From Macrostomum hystrix (taxonomy: Eukaryota > Animalia > Platyhelminthes), in NCBI GenBank assembly GCA_950097015.1, contig CATNEN010000007.1, forward strand, positions 9,858,001-9,922,000: a stretch of 64,000 bases of DNA, in the 5' to 3' direction. Positions 61,775-64,000 of the stretch are shown one piece after another; within the stretch, counting starts at the first letter, position 1; each line of letters starts with the position of its first letter. A model generated the notes under the pieces. That model was not told where the DNA came from. It was given only the letters and a program-made list of their open reading frames with translations, and searched no databases. The position numbers and the translations under genes were made by a program.

Positions 61775-62404
61775 GAAACCCCATTTGAACCATCAGTGTT
61801 GATCACGTGACTAAACCCCATTTGAACCATCAGTGTTGGTCACGTGACTAAACCCCATTTGAACCATCAGTGTTGATCACGTGACTAAACCCCATTTGAA
61901 CCATCAGTGTTGTTCACGTGACTAAACCCCATTTGAACCATCAGTGTTGATCACGTGACTAAACCCCATTTGAACCATCAGTGTTGGTCACGTGACTAAA
62001 CCCCATTTGAACCATCAGTGTTGGTCACGTGACTAAACCCCATTTGCACCATCAGTGTTGGTCACGTGACTAAACCCGATCTGAACCATCAGTGTTGGTC
62101 ACGTGACTAAACCCCATTTGAACCATCAGTGTTGGTCACGTGACTAAATCCCATTTGAATCATCAGTGTTGGTCACGTGACTAAACCCCATTTGCACCAT
62201 CAGTGTTGGTCACGTGACTAAACCCGATCTGAACCATCAGTGTTGGTCACGTGACTAAACCTCATTTGAACCATCAGTGTTGGTCACGTGACTAAACCCG
62301 ATCTGAACCATCAGTGTTGGTCACGTGACTAAACCTCATTTGAACCATCAGTGTTGGTCACGTGACTAAACCCCATTTGAACCATCAGTGTTGGTCACGT
62401 GACT
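61775..62404. repeat. 37-bp minisatellite (~17 copies), each unit containing TCACGTGAC
   Basis: Unit CCCCATTTGAACCATCAGTGTTGGTCACGTGACTAAA. Confidence 0.95.
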
Positions 62405-63289
62405 GTCTAAAACCTAGCCTGAAATTTCGATTAACTTTAGGTATAATTAAAAAAATTATGAATAATGTATAATATAAAGCAAAAAATATCATTAAAAACT
62501 AATCATTAACTCAGTGGCGAAGTCCAACTAGGACAAAAGTAGGTTCCGTAGAGTTTGCTTGACAAAACTAGGTTGGTAAGACAAATAGTCATTTGCTTCC
62601 AGCCGAGTTTCTGTATAAAGAATAAACAAACAGCTGGAAGCCCGACAGCGCGCATTGTCAGCGGCCGAGCTCAGGCGTCAGTCTCATTTTCAGAGCTGCT
62701 CGGGCTGCTAGAGTGTTGTGGAGCCAAAGAGGACCCTGTCCTGTGGGCAATGGGCGGTGTTTTGGTTGAAGGCAAAACTTGTCAACTGAGCGGCAGCCAA
62801 GTAAAGGGGGCTCAACTTTTTTCTGGGGCTTATGAGACCAAAGGGGTTAACGTGGATTTTATATTAATTGAAATGTGCGACACAAGGATATAAAATGTAA
62901 TGCAATGTACAATTTCAGAGACAATTAGCGGTCGATAGGAGGTGTCGGTGAGAAAGCTGGTGAATACAAAAAAAACAAAGGTTTATCTGATTAATTATTT
63001 GTGTGAGTTTGAGAAAGAGATAATGCAATCGCTAATATATGCTCAGGTAGGCTGTGAAAAGGACTCCGAAACATATTTGGAAAGACCTGTGGTCGCTGAG
63101 TTCGCTTCAAACCTATTTAAGATGGGTCGCGAGTTCGAATCCCGGACATTGCCAGCTGCGGCGGGATGAGAAAGGTCAGGTCAGACCACATCCCGCCCAG
63201 CGGCCGTTCGCAGGATCAGGAATCGAGGAAATCGGCGACGCGATGGCACGGGCGCCGGCGCGGAGACGGAGGCGTCGGCGTCAACAGGG

Positions 63290-63970
63290 CTTGACAGCTG
63301 CTACATTCACAGTTGGGGGAGGAGAGCACCAATTGATTGATTGACAGCTGCTACATTCATAGTTGGGGGGAGAGCACCAATTGATTGATTGACAGCTGCT
63401 ACATTCACAGTTGGGGGAGAGCACCAATTGATTGATTGACAGCTGCTACATTCACAGTTGGGGGAGGAGAGCACCTATTGATTGATTGACAGCTGCTACA
63501 TTCACAGTTGGGGGGAGAGCACCTATTGATTGATTGACAGCTGCTACATTCACAGTTGGGGAGGAGAGCACCTATGATTGATTGACAGCTGCTACATTCA
63601 CAGTTGGGGGAGGAGAGCACCAATTGATTGATTGACAGCTGCTACATTCACAGTTGGGGGGAGAGCACCAATTGATTGATTGACAGCTGCTACATTCACA
63701 GTTGGGGGAGGAGAGCACCAATTGATTGATTGACAGCTGCTACATTCACAGTTGGGGGAGGAGAGCACCAATTGATTGATTGACAGCTGCTACATTCATA
63801 GTTGGGGGGAGAGCACCTATTGATTGATTGACAGCTGCTACATTCACAGTTGGGGGAGGAGAGCACCAATTGATTGATTGACAGCTGCTACATTCACAGT
63901 TGGGGGAGAGCACCAATTGATTGATTGACAGCTGCTACATTCACAGTTGGGGGAGAGCACCTATGATTGA
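63290..63970. repeat. 47-50 bp minisatellite (~14 copies) containing TGATTGACAGCTG
   Basis: Unit TTGACAGCTGCTACATTCACAGTTGGGGGA(GGA)GAGCACCAATTGATTGA. Confidence 0.95.
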
Positions 63971-64000
63971 CTGACCGTCAGACTTCACAGCATCAGCACC

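Noticed and set aside
63085-63150. tRNA gene (B-box GAGTTCGAATCCC)
   Set aside because: No convincing cloverleaf or A-box; at most a SINE remnant.

Overview
Eukaryotic (animal) genomic DNA with GC-rich exons, short GT-AG introns and very many minisatellites. The texture resembles the flatworm Macrostomum, but the organism is an inference only. Bases 1-22797 contain no genes. They form a same-orientation, head-to-tail train of about 18 non-autonomous Helitron-like elements from several families, each with a TC..TATACTAAA 5' end, a 3' hairpin and a CTAG or CTCG terminus, and the longer ones carry expanded minisatellites. The remainder holds six spliced or single-exon genes: a PRDM-like PR + 6xC2H2 zinc-finger gene (-), DEPDC1 (+), a 4-EF-hand calmodulin-like gene (+), a 3-LIM-domain gene (-), PDSS1 (-) hosting four C/D box snoRNAs, and a bacterial-type (PLP fold I, receiver-like 'wing' domain) Lys/Arg/Orn decarboxylase (-) interrupted by three spliceosomal introns, a likely domesticated horizontal transfer. 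LINE fragments (one with a 13-bp target-site duplication), tRNA-derived SINEs, a MITE-like element and several minisatellites that resemble arrays of transcription-factor motifs are also present. Most long ORFs in the supplied track are repeat artefacts.
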